DNA of 64,000 bases from Balanoglossus misakiensis (GCA_040954595.2 CM082585.2:634814-698813); one strand, 5' to 3'. Shown: positions 1 through 12,566, counted from the first letter of the stretch. The notes: a model not told the origin generated them from the sequence alone. A program made the numbers and translations.

Positions 1-88
1 TTCTCAATCATCATTTTCACAAAACCCAGTTCTGTTTGATCTACTCATCGCCAGTGTCGTTATCTTCAAGAACATTTCCCCCTGGTTT

Positions 89-322
89 TCAGTCTCCACC
101 ATAGCATTTGCAGAGGGGAGTACATAGTAAATCATTCTTTGAGCAACTGCAACGTCCCCTACAACCTGCTTTGCAGCCACATTTGATAAGCTCTAGTACT
201 GCCTTTGGTGCAGGGAGAGCAAGACATTTTACTGGATAAAACACGCCATTCTCCGATTTCCACCCATTCTTTTCGATTGGTGGAAGTTCAGGACAATTTG
301 TTGCGTATGATTTATCTCTCAT
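89..322 (-). mobile_element. Fragment of an Academ(X)-type transposon protein, C-terminal Cys8/CXC zinc-finger region
   Basis: ORF contains GW...PAPKAVLELIKCGCKAGCRGRCSCSKNDLLCTPLCKC followed by a stop. This is the tail pattern of Academ/CXC-domain TE proteins. No upstream transposase region is visible. Confidence 0.6.
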
Positions 323-880
323 TGTGATGAAGGGGTGGCACCCTTTTCACAGATCACGCAAATCTTATTTTTATCTACATATTAATTCTGTAGTTTATTG
401 CAAAATGTCCTAATAGCTATCGAACTGGAACGTAAAACGCTGCTTACGGTGCTAAGAAAATAGCCAATATGTATTTAGTAATAAAACTGAGATGTAGTTC
501 ACAGACTTGTTTTATTTTCAGTAGTATTGAGCTACAAAATGAGCCAAATTTGATATTGTTAATGTTTACCAAAACAAGTTTTAGAAGTAAGACATAGTTC
601 AAGGGCTTTTTACAGCACTATTTTGCTATTGGCATGAAAATTTTGAAAATACTACTTTAAAATAGACAATACTTCAACTGATATGGCTTTATTTACGACA
701 GTATTTAACTTTGAAATGAGTTCAACTGAATATCGTTTTAATACCCCAAAAAACAAGTGTTGATTAAAACGTACTTCAGAGTTTATGCACAGACTTATAT
801 CGGTGAGAATTTTAGTACAATGGTAAATATCTCAGACATTGATTGTGCTACGAAAGAATAAACAACTCTTAACGAAAAAG

Positions 881-977
881 TTACCAGAATCATATGCATA
901 TGATTCTGGTAACTCACGGCCCCTCGGGTGTAATAAACGGCTGCTATGGCCCTCATGGCCAGGCAATAGGTGTTCAC
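881..977. repeat. Dispersed hairpin element with perfect 32-bp palindrome
   Basis: ttaccagaatcatatg|catatgattctggtaa at 881-912. 901-977 is near-identical to about 56927-57003. Confidence 0.85.
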
Positions 978-1244
978 TATTTGGTATAGCCTAGTATACT
1001 ATATTTTTGTAAACCATAGAAAACATGAGTGTGGTGATGAGTTGGGTGGCGGTCCAAGGTGAGGGGAGGTATATTATGCTAAGTCCAAACCAGAGAGATA
1101 TTTGTGGTTGATTTGTTAGTGTCAAAATTCAACTAAGTATATTTATAAAAATAAGATAGCGCTGTAGTATATGTGACAACTGATACAAATGTAGGTAACT
1201 GATATGTTTACCCATAAACCGTCTAATATTTAAGATTCCCAATA

Positions 1245-2015
1245 TGTGGAGAGGCCCTAAAATTTGACCTCATTTTTGAGCAGTTAGGTCCCCATAGAAG
1301 TTAAAAAAAAAGAAATTGGAAGAAATCCTTTACAAATACACATGTCACACTATGAACAAATATCTCCAGGACTGCTAAAACTAAAGTGACCCCCCCCCCC
1401 TGCAAGAAAATGTGATGGAGGGGTCCAACAAATTGATTTCCATCATTTTGGGGATGTTTATTCATCATTGAAACCAAAACAGCAAACAAAACAAATAACT
1501 ATTAGCAAAAACTCCTACGAGAATACACGGTATAGGTGAACAAATACCGTTAAGATTGTCGGAATGTAAGTGCCCCCCACAAATGTAATAGAGGGGCCCT
1601 AAAATTTGCATGTGATCTTTTGTGACCAGGTGTCGAAACAGCAAAAAAAAAATTCTTTAGCAGAAAATTCTACGAAAATGGAGTAGATAGGTGAATAAAT
1701 ATCTTCGGGGAGGCCAAAACAGGAGTGACGACCCCCCCCCCCCCGAAAAAATATGATGGAGGGGCCCTAAAAATTGCACCCCATCATTTTCGGGTAGTTG
1801 GGTCCCCATAGAAGCCAAAACAGCAAAAAAATCAATTTTAGCACAAAAATCCTACTGGAATACACATCATACCACAAAACGGAAGTACCCCCCCCCCCGA
1901 GAAAAATATGATGGAGGGGCCCTTAAAATTGCACCCCATCATTTTCGGGTAGTTGGGTCCCAATAGAAGCCAAAACAGCAAAAAAATCAATTTTAGCACA
2001 ACAATCCTACGGGAG
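1245..2015. repeat. Tandem array of about five degenerate 155-175 bp units
   Basis: Recurrent atgatggaggggccctaaaattgcaccccatcattttcggg...aaaacagcaaaaaaatcaattttagcac...cctac. The last two units (from about 1753 and 1909) are nearly identical. Confidence 0.85.
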
Positions 2016-2687
2016 CTGTTTTTCATGACATACCATACCGCACTATTAGTTCTTGAAAGTCTATGTACCGGTAAATGTTTTGCTCCAGTGTCAATACTGA
2101 CCAGATTGTCTCATTCTCGCCCCACCAGACTACGGATTTCTTTCGTTTCACTATCGAAATCACGTACTCTGGTTAAAATGGAGTACCGCGCTGGTATTTG
2201 AACAAATTGGTAATGCATATTCATGAGATGACATCATTATAATCTGGCCAATCAAAGCCCGTCTCTCAAGGAGAGCTGGGAGACTCAGAGCACTGCCACT
2301 GGAAGCCGCCATGTTGTTTAGAATGAGATGTAATGAGATGCGTGAATGGGATGTAACAAGCAATCTGATTGGTTGTTGGATGTACTATGAAAGCGCCTAG
2401 ACCAAATACTGAATACATGGCCGTATTATACCACGGCCTTTTTGCAGGGAGCAGAGCGCTGCCGTAAAAGGGCCGTGGTTTGCGACGATGGATTGTCTCC
2501 AATTCCTCATTGTGATTTGTAACATTGTTATGAATGATTTTATTTTGTCTTGTTTTGTGTGTTGCACTGTATTTTTTTAAATTTCTCACCCAAGATTGAT
2601 TTAATCACTAAATGTACTTGAAAAAAACTGCATACTGTAGTATTTCCAGTGTTGTCTAAAGGAGTTTTTTGGTTTGTGTAATTGCAG

Positions 2688-3611
2688 GTTTGCGGGCAAT
2701 GCCTGAACGTGATTGGTTCAAATGATGTATCTGTAGTTGTCCGGGTAACAGACATGTGCATTTACCCGTACTGCATGAGTGATGAAGATGGTCTGGTTCT
2801 AAGTCAGGATGCTTACAACATCTTGTCAGATGGTGAAAGTCCTTCATCTCTTCTTGTATCCTACTCAGTTGTTGCCTGTCCTGATGATGTCTCTATCAAG
2901 TTCAAGGTTTGTGAAACAACACAATTATTCACTAATTTAGATACCCTTTTCTTTAATTGCTACTTAAAAGTAAATATTTCCTGTAGTTGTCACATCACTG
3001 CAAAATTGTTTGAAACCTCACTAGCCACATTTTAAATAGTATTTGTAAGATTGAAGTTAAAATTGTCAGGAGTGGTCCATCTGTTTCTTTACTGGAAGTT
3101 TAGATCTCTTGGAAATCAAACCAGTCTCAACTGATTTGGACTAGGGCAGATCCAGTGGGGACTAGGACATTGACAATAATGTGTTGCTCTAATTTCAAAA
3201 TATTATGACCGACTAGGGGCTGTCATTCATTTTTTGAGTGTACCACATTTTGATTGATTGATTTGTTGATTTAGTTTGCAGAGAGCATTTCTGCATCATT
3301 CAGCTTATTAATATTGGATCATCGTTACCCTGTCACCACTGTGGAAGTCCACACAACTGGTCCCTGGATTACTCTAGACAGACTCAGTGATAACTTATTT
3401 GAACCACCCATTGGTTCTGGTGATATACAAGCCCCTCTCAATGTCAAGGTCTATTCGGTGTCTGGTAAAATTAACTACAGGGTTAGAGAGTTTCAGTTTG
3501 GTGAGATTATTGACACCTCCAAGCAATTTCGACATTGTGAGGATGATGAGTTTGAAGTTACTACACTTCCAGACTTTGGAATAGTTACAACAATTGAGAG
3601 TACGCTTGAAG
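2688..3611 (+). CDS. Two exons encoding an expansin-like (EXLX/YoaJ-type) module: DPBB D1 C-terminal part plus CBM63-like D2
   Basis: Exon 2688-2906: VCGQCLNVIGSNDVSVVVRVTDMCIYPYCMSDEDGLVLSQDAYNILSDGESPSSLLVSYSVVACPDDVSIKFK. It splices in phase 0 to 3275-3611: FAESISASFSLLILDHRYPVTTVEVHTTGPWITLDRLSDNLF...APLNVKVYSVSG...IDTSKQF. The motifs follow the order of the expansin motifs CGxC, VxVTD, LDLSxxAF, W/YxxVxCP, NHxYPV, W, NxF, VR/KxT, QF. Confidence 0.8.
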
Positions 3612-4158
3612 GTAAGATGGTTTCATTTTATACAATATGTAATTAGTTTACTGTATAACATAGGTAAATGTTGCTGATGATTTCAATGGAGTGTAGCTGA
3701 ATTTGTTACATTAGTTGTGATATCTGATATTGTGTTTTGCACACCAATATCTGGTACACTCTTATGCAAAATTTTCGCAAGAGGAAATGTTCATGATATC
3801 AAATGTGGCAACTGTTACGTGGCGATTAATTTTCACGTTCTGGTATTTCACTGCATCGTTATCTCTGAAAACCATAAGCGACTTTTTTTTTCACCAGTAA
3901 ATTTATCGTTCGTGAAAATTTCCTATTTTACTGTATTTTGAATAAGAAATCTCAACACCCTCATAAACAATTGCATTAAAGAAAGCAATAGAATAATAAC
4001 ACAATATCATTTGAATCACACACCGGGATGAGAATACCTTGAAATTGTCTCCTGCCAGGAACATTGATTCAATACTGTTCATGTTAGTGGAGAACAATAT
4101 AACATTAGATTTCCTTGTTCTAGATTATTCAAATTGTAATGTTCATTTTTATCAACAG

Positions 4159-5378
4159 ATGAAACAACGCTGGAATATTTAACTAGTCCCTACACCGAAG
4201 GCACAGAAAAAAGCATCTCAACTGATGGATATGCCATAACTTCGCCCAGAATGACAACTGTGTTGGACACAGACAATATACCGGCTGTGACAACTGGAAA
4301 AAGCAAGTCAACCACAACAGTTACTATGGTTACAGTAACCATGCCTGTTGTCGTGACAACAGTAGAGGCAAGTTCTGAAAAGCCTGATCAGCAGTCAAGC
4401 ACAGAAGGTGAGGGTACATACAAGACAACATCTGCTCCGATCTCAAAAACAGAAATGATGTCAACAGCAGAATCTGTGGATATTACTCCTGCAGACCAGA
4501 CTTCAGAGTATGACGATGCAAGTGATGTGATGCCAACAGAGTCATGGACCACACCAGAGAAATTGTTGACAACAAACAAAATGGACGCCACCACACCAGA
4601 GACACTTTTGACAACAAATAAAATGGACGGCACCACAGAATATTGGCAAACGGTAGAAGGCACCACAGAATGGCAAACACAAATGATAACTGATGAAACT
4701 GCCACTTCCCAAAGAAGAACAACAAGAAAACATACAACTGAGGCACCGACAGATCTGTTAACATCAAAAGGTGAATGTGAATTTCTACACTTTTCAGCAT
4801 TATGAGCTCCAAAGTAAGGATGGATCTTGTTTACTTAGTTGACACGACTCTAGCTCCTGGATGACACCATTATTTTTAGGGGGTGAGGGGTGGAAGAAAG
4901 GAGAAAACATATTCACTCCTCACTTTTTTTTCAAAGAAATGTAGGTTTACTTCCTATTATGATAAAGTAAACTATGAATAATAAAACATTGAAAATTTGG
5001 CTTTATTGATAGAAACTTCATGTACGGGTACAGTGAAAATTTCAATTGAAAAAAAAAATTCATAATACCTGCAATGTAAACAGTTAAACAGTTATACATT
5101 GTTAGTTACCATCATCATCGTTGTTTGAATCAGACTCTATGTCACAAATGAGGCAATAACAATGCTCAGTGCAATTGATCTGTATACAGTTGGTCAAATA
5201 ACTCTTCCACTCTTATCATATAGACACCCATGTCCAGTGTGTAATATAAAGTATTCATTCAATTTCATTTATACAGTATATCATGATGTCAGTACTAAAC
5301 CAACTACGAAACCAGCAACAACTCTGAAAGCCACAACAGGTGGTCTTACGACCCTACCAACTCCAACTCAACTACCAG
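4159..5378 (+). CDS. Thr/Ser/Glu-rich mucin-like stalk exons (4159-4770, 5277-5378)
   Basis: Low-complexity Thr-rich reading frame with internal duplications (TTPEKLLTTNKMDA/TTPETLLTTNKMDG; GTTEYWQT/GTTEWQT). Phase-1 splice sites are compatible with the neighbouring exons. Confidence 0.8.
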
Positions 5379-6871
5379 GTAAGAGATATTACCCTTAGTT
5401 TGGTTGATAACGTGTTGTATTTGAGTGATGTCTCAAAGTGTTAAAACATAACATCCAGAAAACTTGTTTTTGGAAGTTAATTTAAATTGCTTGTCACATG
5501 ATAGTTGTGTAAACAATGGTCACACCAAAATGTTCTCCTATATTTACTTTCAGAAAATATATACTTTTAGGGGATTCTCGATAATTAACAGAACTTGATA
5601 ATTAACAGAGAAATGTTTATTTCAAAAAGTGATTTTTTTTTCTTGTATCTTTCATACACACCATGAAGTAATAATACAGTTAAATTTAGAATCAGAATAA
5701 ACCACAAAGAGTTGAACCCATTTATGCTTTGAACAAATTGACCTGAAGAGAATAGGAGTTGTATGGGTCTGTATTTACAATTATTCGATAATTACTTTGC
5801 AGACCGTGACGTTCCTGACTACTGTGCACAGCTTAGTGTGTCATATAATGGTAGTGGGCAGATTACAGACCAGCAATCCTGTGGCAACTACTATGGTACA
5901 GAAATAACAACACAACTTGTTAATGGTTTAACTCAACTCCTGTCTCAAGATCCATCAGGAGCATGTGTTCCTCTTGCTGGTCTGGTTACAATCAATATCG
6001 CATTATCCACCACCAGTCTCACCTCGCTATCGGATAATTCGGTGGGTACTCTAACTGTCTCTTTCAGTCTTGCAGAAAATCTTGTAGACTCTTTCTGGAG
6101 TCTAGAATATTACACTCAACAAATTGTTCACTTCATAGCATTTTATCTCACATGCTCTTCAGATTGCATATCCAAAGAAAAAATGCATATTGGGAGAATA
6201 TTTTCATGCAAATGTGACAACCATGCGATGTTTAATTTTGTCGATACAATCGATCGTAAACTGCTCAGCTGAAACAGTGAGCAGTCATCTTTCTTTTTTG
6301 TTTACGTGCGTTGGAGTGGGGATGTCTTGAAACCATCCGCATAACAGTACATACCTGTACACGGTGAGTTGGGGCGCCTTGAAACTTAAGGCGTATTTAA
6401 CACGCGTTCCGTACGTACCGTTCCGTATGGCTTTTTAGTACACGCTAAATTCTATTGTTCTTGGTGCCAGATGCATAATAATAAAGCATATTAAACATAA
6501 CATCTTTTAAAACAAATGCTTATGACTGTATTTTCATTACCTGCAGCTTTTAATGGATGTGGGGCTGAACTTACTGATTGAACCCATAGACCCATTGAGC
6601 CCTGGATACGACAATGCAGAATTGTCGGGATGTGGTCTTCAACTAATCTTTTATCTGACCAACCATCCAAGTGTATTTCCAGTTTTGGTTGCCATTGACA
6701 GTTCAGACAATTGTCCAGAACTATCATCTTCTGCAAACCCAATTCAAGAAGATGATGCAACATTCTGTTGTCCTGAAGGATATGAGCTCTTCCAGAATGT
6801 CAGATGCAGTATGTATAAAATCATTATTTTTATTCACACTAAAGTGGCGCTTATATCTCTTCTTTTCTTTT

Positions 6872-7160
6872 AAGGATGTACGCGCAGAACATAAACCGGA
6901 AAACTGCACGCACCCGTCTTTTTCCCATAGGATTACATTGATAATTGCTAGAAAACAAACTTCTTCTATTGTCATTGTCACAAAATTTTCTACATAGCTC
7001 AGTCCAGTAAATATAAATTCATTGGTCACTTAAAATATAAGGGTCACCTTGCTCTATTTTGAGATAAATTGCATTAAAAAAAAATTGCCCATAGACAAAC
7101 CATTGGTGAAAAATGCTGAATCAGCAGTTTTCTTCTATTATCGACTAAATTCGTGACTCT
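6872..7160. repeat. Dispersed repeat fragment (second copy about 39127-39380)
   Basis: Both loci share gatgtacgcgcagaac...ttcccatagga...ccatagacaaaccattggt...cagttttctt...tcgactaaattc. Confidence 0.75.
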
Positions 7161-8057
7161 GTAATGTGTATATCATAAACAGGCACGGTCATCAGGTAAA
7201 TGCATGCTATGAGCGGTGTGTTACAAGCATGAATTAAGTATTACTTACAGAAAAAAAATTCTTCTTATTTCAACAGCAGCCGCAGTGGAAGTTGTGAGGA
7301 AAAGAAGGGATGCATCTGAACAGTCATCATTTCTCACTAATGCTAAATGGAATGGCACTGCACCTGTTTGTATTGGTATGTTCATTAGGTCAAAATAAAA
7401 AAATATGTGCTGTTCCAATTACCCGACCTACCCTAATTATAACCCGCTGACCCTACACATTTTAGAGCTTCCTAAACCGGAAGTATAAAAAACAATGTCA
7501 AATATACAAAATTTATGAAAATTGCAAGAATCACGTAAGAATTATGACGTTATTCTTATACACTACGGCGGCCAGAGTAATAAAAAAAATGCAACATAAA
7601 AAAACATTCCCTACCTACCTACCCTATTTTTGAAAACCATGTAATCAGAACAGCACAATTTAGCAATTTATCCGCCAGATTGAGTTCTTGAATGAAATCA
7701 CCAATGTTGGAATTGGATTTTAATGTTTGTTTGTGTTTCATTCTAATTTGATTCTGATTGTGTTTCATTCTGATTTGATTTGATTTGATTTCATGCATTG
7801 TCTGCCTGCTTTCATTTGTGGAAATCACAAAGCTTATAAATGGTCCATCCTCATTGGAGTGGTTGTCAACATCACTGGGAAAAAGGACGATGTTCAACTG
7901 GTTTAGCAATTGGGGTTGTCATGGAGCCACCTACAGAACAGTTCTTCTCCCAGCTGAATTCAAGATTACTATGTCGCTTTAATGGCTGGCAAGTATTGTG
8001 GTTACAAACTTGGCAGATTACAGTCTCATATCTTATGAAATATTTTTTGGCTTGCAG

Positions 8058-8766
8058 ATACCATGCCACCAACTTTAGACTGTCCAGACACGTACATAAT
8101 TCTTGTTGATGAAGTGGAACACAATGTGTCATATCCAGCAGTCTCTGTTGTAGACAACCACGGAATCAGTGACGTCATATATGAACCACCAAATGGAACT
8201 GCAGTTGAAACCAGGAACTACATCACAGTGACTGTTACTGCAACCGATTACAGTGGCAACCAGGCTCAGTGTCAATTTGATGTTTCTGTTCAACGTAAGT
8301 GTTCAGCTAAACTAGCCCACTAGTTGCTTGGTGAATTTTGAATCTCAATACTTTTGTGTGTTTGTGGTGATTTTTTGTCTTTATAATACTTTTTGTGTGC
8401 ATGCTGCTTTGAGCGTTTTTCTGGTACTGAGTTGAGTTTCGAAAATAATGCAAAAAGTGGTGGCAGAGACTTTAAACATTTAGAAGTTAATATGGCATTG
8501 TTTTGAGACATTAGACATTTCACCTTTTAACATCTCATTTTGTTATTCAGCTGATACATGTCCAGAGTGGTCACTACCTACACCAGAAGGTGGACAGAAG
8601 ACTTGCACCCGTGTCATTGGAGGACCACTGGGTTCAGGATTCTCATGTGCATTGTCCTGTCAAGCTGGTTATGATTTCATTCAAGAAATTGATTCACCTG
8701 GAGGAATGTACACCTGCATAATTGGTGGAACATGGCTACCCCATAATTACGTACCTGATTGTGTTG
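8058..8766 (+). CDS. HYR domain exon (8058-8294) and Sushi/CCP-like exon (8551-8766)
   Basis: DTMPPTLDCPD...VSVVDNHG...VTVTATDYSGNQAQCQFDVSV is HYR-like. CPEWSLPTPEGGQKTC...CALSCQAGYDF...YTCIIGGTWLPHNYVPDCV is CCP-like. Confidence 0.85.
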
Positions 8767-10813
8767 GTGTGTATGGGCTTCTACTGATCTATTTTTGCGT
8801 AATTGAAATTCAACTGATATCATATCAATATTCATTAGGCCCCCAAAATAATATGTGAATGCTGATGAAGATAATAAACTTGAAGAACCAAAATAACCAA
8901 CTAATTCAGTGTTACTGTTGGTTCAAATTTTCTCTGATATGTGAGGGAATTTGTGTTTTCCAGTTTGCTATGTGTGCCCTTATATAAACTGATCATTTTA
9001 TAATCAGTCAATACCTACATTTTTATAATCAGTCAATACCTACATTTTTATAATCCGTCTATACCTACATTACCGCATGGAAGATGGCACTAGTCCAGAT
9101 TTGAGTGGATTAGCAAAAATGGGATTTTTTCACCAGCTTAGTAAAGCGAAAACTGGATTGACGATTGACAATTCAACTAGTTGGCCTGAAGTTAAATTCT
9201 CTTCCATATTGATTTTTCCACAGAGAAGGAAGTTCCAGATTATTGCCTGACTGTGGGAGGTGTATACAACTCTGTGATAACCATTCCAAGTGATACCAAC
9301 CAATGTATCTCATATTACGAGTCGAGTCTGCTTGGAATTGTGCAGTCTGTTGAACCACTGTTGTGGGTCCTGTGTAACTCGATTGAAGACAGTGTTGAAG
9401 TTCAAAGTGACTATTCAACAATGGCCATAGTAGACTCCAATCAGGTATTATTATCTGTCCTGCTGGAAAATTTTACAGTTTTACGCTGAAGAAGAAGGTT
9501 GATGTAATCCTTTATTTGATTTCTGTCGTTACATTATTGTACAATGTGTTACCCTAAGGTTGGGTTCTCCAAGGTGTGTCATTTTTAAGAAGCATTATCT
9601 TGTTATTGGAGGGACAAAGTCTCTCGCTCGCTGCCGTTTTCCCATTAATTATGTTTGATACAAGACACAGTTTATGTTATTCTACATGTGGATATATAGT
9701 GAATCATCATTTGACCACACACAACTTCCATCTTGTTTGTAGGATATGAGAGTAAAAACTCGCCCAAAATGAATGAATGGTATTCATTTTTCGCGTGTTT
9801 TTTCACTGTCGCGTCTACAAGAGGATGGAAGTTGTGTGTGGTCAAACATTGATTCTCTATATATCCACATGTAGAATAACATAAACAGTGTCTTGTCATT
9901 GTATCAAACATAATCCCTTTAAATGCTCCATAATAGCTTTATCTTTTTGCTACATTTTCAGTGTGTTTGTTTTGTGTATCTACTGCAGTTTCTTGTTCAA
10001 ATACCTGAAGAATCATAAAATGTTGAGCATTTGGCTTAATATCAACACAACATATATGTGAATGGTCAGCATTGTTATTGTGCAATGGTCAGCATTGTTA
10101 TTGTGCAAAATTTAATTTCAGACTAGAATTCATTTGTCAACAATAACAATGGCTGTTACACGCATACATGATAAGTACTGGGTATAGTAACATGCTGTTT
10201 GGAGAAATAGCGTTTGATACACGGAAGAAAATACTGAAAAAAGCCAAAAGTTACAGCTATGTTGTCCTTTTAACCCATTAAACCAAACTTTCTATTTGGT
10301 GTTTTTCATACCGGTAGGTGAATGCAACAGTTGCCATGAAATTACTTGCAAAGACAGACAACGCAACAAGTTTATATCTCCAAACCTGTGGTGATAGTAT
10401 AATGAGTGCAATTACAACTCAGTTCAGTCAATTCAACAGTCTCATCAAAATCGAGGCAAATGGTGCTTGTCCAGAATTGAATCTGTCAGGAGCCCCAACT
10501 AATGAGTTCTCAGGATGTTGCTGTCCATCTGGAAAGATTCTCAGTGACTGTTATTGTTGTAAGTATCATCAATCCAATATACCTTGAACCAAGAGTCTAA
10601 GTTTATGGTGTCAATTACTTGTCAACTTATAAATATTTTCATCCCAACCCACTAGTGACTTATACTGGTGTACCATATGCTTCGACATATCTCCAAGGCT
10701 TACATGCATATACACCTTACACAACAGCTTATAAACAGCATCATTATCATCACAATTTATCCTGATATAATTGTTCATAGACAGTTGCTCCGAAAAAATG
10801 CATAATTTAATTA

Positions 10814-11003
10814 GTACAGTAAAACCTGTCTAAACTGAACCCTGTTGAATCTGGAAACCTGTCTAAACCAAACACATTGTCCTGTCTCTTCGACATACAT
10901 GTAGAACACCATGTTAAAAGAACGTCTATAAAACCAAACACCTCTGCAAACTGAACAGTTTCTTCAGTCCATTTGGTGTTCAGTTAAGACAATTTTTACT
11001 GTA
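10814..11003. mobile_element. TA-flanked CAGT...ACTG MITE (Tc1/mariner/pogo-like); related copies at 28258-28434 and about 23383-23470
   Basis: Terminal inverted repeats tacagtaaaacctgtctaaactgaac...ttcagttaagacaatttttactgta. Confidence 0.7.
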
Positions 11004-11037
11004 CTGGTATATGTGTCACTTCTGTGCCTTGATGAGT

Positions 11038-11282
11038 TAAAGGGAAGAGGTTGTCCCACCGCGTGGGTGTCCTCCTTGATGAGAATATCTCCTCCAATAC
11101 AAGCACAAACCCCACTGCCGTCATCAAGACCTACTAGGATCTTCAGTTTCTGTCATGCCCAGTCTATGCTGCGGTTGGCTGCTTTGTTATTCATCCTAAG
11201 AATTATCTATTTTCAGAGATTTGTGGATGCATTATAATGTTTATAAACAAACAAATGCGTCGCGATGACCCCTTCACTTTAA
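11038..11282. mobile_element. TTAA-flanked non-autonomous element (Kolobok-like); inverted copy about 27013-27238
   Basis: ttaaagggaagaggttgtccc...gatgaccccttcactttaa. The ORF track shows the shared FINKQxxRDDPFTLN on opposite strands. Confidence 0.7.
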
Positions 11283-11315
11283 ACATCTTTGTCTTTTTAA
11301 TCTGTTACATCGTAG

Positions 11316-12566
11316 TGACGTGTACAGCTGGAACTTATGATACAGGAGATGAATGTGCTAGCTGTCCTGTTGGATCTTATCAAAATTCCGCTGGTCAAAC
11401 ATCATGCATTACCTGTCCATCAGGTTATAGTACACACGATAAACACAGCAAGAGTCAAGATGACTGTATTGGTAAGAGAAATAGTCTATAACAAATACCA
11501 CATCATCTCTGATGAGCTAGCACTGTGACTGACAGACTCGTTTATTTTATTCCACATACGGTTTTGGTAACACGTACAAACGAGATTTTAAAAAAAGCCA
11601 TTACATGAATACTTTGAATTTTACAGATCGCACATCATGCAAACAAGGTGCTTCTGTTGGATGTAATTGTAAAAAGACTGTGTTGCTATTGACTTCTCTA
11701 GATTTCAATCTTTTTATGACGTGATGATTCAAAACTAAATAGTACATGCAGTTTATGAATATATAGTGTTTAAGGTCAAATTGTGATCTTTTTTTAACTT
11801 TTAGAGTTGTGCAAACCTGGCTATTACTCAGATGATGGTAAAGCTCCATGTACACAATGTGTGCAAGGATCTTATCAACCAGATTATGGTTCTACTGATT
11901 GTCATCTGTGCCCAAATGACACGTCAACACACGGGGTAGCAGTTGTAGTAGAGAGTTGCAAAGGTAGGAAGATTATTTTACAATGCCAAGTTTTTATTGG
12001 GCCAAAAAAATAGTATATGCTGTTCCGATTACATGGTTTTCAGAAATAGGGTAGGTAGGTAGGTAAGGATTTTTTTTTATTTTGCGATTTTTTTTAGCTC
12101 TCAATGTGCATTTCACATCAGAAAAAACTATAGTGTAGAAGAATGACATCATAGTCCTGCGTGATGTGCGCGATTTCGTCATAGTTCTCGCATGATTTGC
12201 GCAATTTTCATAAATTTTGTATGTTTGACAACAATGTTTTTTTTTACTTCTGGGTTTACGAAGCTCTAAAAAGTTTAGGGTCAGCAGGTTATAATTAGGG
12301 TAGGTCGGGTAATCGGAACAGCACATATTTTTTATTTTGGCCTCATTTCATCTTTTCCAGGATACAACATCATATTAAAATTTCAATTTGTATTTAACTT
12401 CCAGAAAAATGCACAGTTGGCTCATATTCCAACACTGGTCTTGAGCCATGTGTACTTTGTCCCCGTCACTATTACCAGAATGAGAGTGGTTCCAGAGAAT
12501 GCAACCCATGTCCAACAGGACTGCGTACAACGCATGAAGGTGCCAATAGTTTGGATGACTGTATAG
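11316..12566 (+). CDS. Three exons of ephrin-receptor-like (GCC2/GCC3) Cys-rich repeats
   Basis: CPVGSYQNSAGQTSCITCPSG; CVQGSYQPDYGSTDCHLCP; CPRHYYQNESGSRECNPCPTG. Confidence 0.9.
12000..12343. mobile_element. MITE with GGCC-ended TIRs; further copies about 7388-7660 and 37810-38055
   Basis: ggccaaaa..atatgctgttccgattac...gtaatcggaacagcacatattttttattttggcc, with internal tagggtaggt motifs. Three copies in the window. Confidence 0.8.

Noticed and set aside
1245-2015. CRISPR-like or otherwise functional repeat array (also 49760-51000)
   Set aside because: Units are long and degenerate with no unique spacers or cas genes, in a eukaryotic context; they are satellite or TE subterminal repeats.
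2378-2467. GCTMKAPRPNTEYMAVLYHGLFAGSRA as the missing N-terminal expansin exon
   Set aside because: It overlaps a hairpin repeat (ccacggcctttt...aaaagggccgtgg) and lacks convincing splice sites. The true upstream exons are probably outside the window or lost.
2688-3611. Bacterial contamination as the source of the expansin-like sequence
   Set aside because: The module is split by a GT-AG intron and is splice-compatible with flanking animal-type exons amid host repeats.
4388-4812. Hydrophobic minus-strand ORFs
   Set aside because: They are antisense shadows of the Thr-rich mucin exon.
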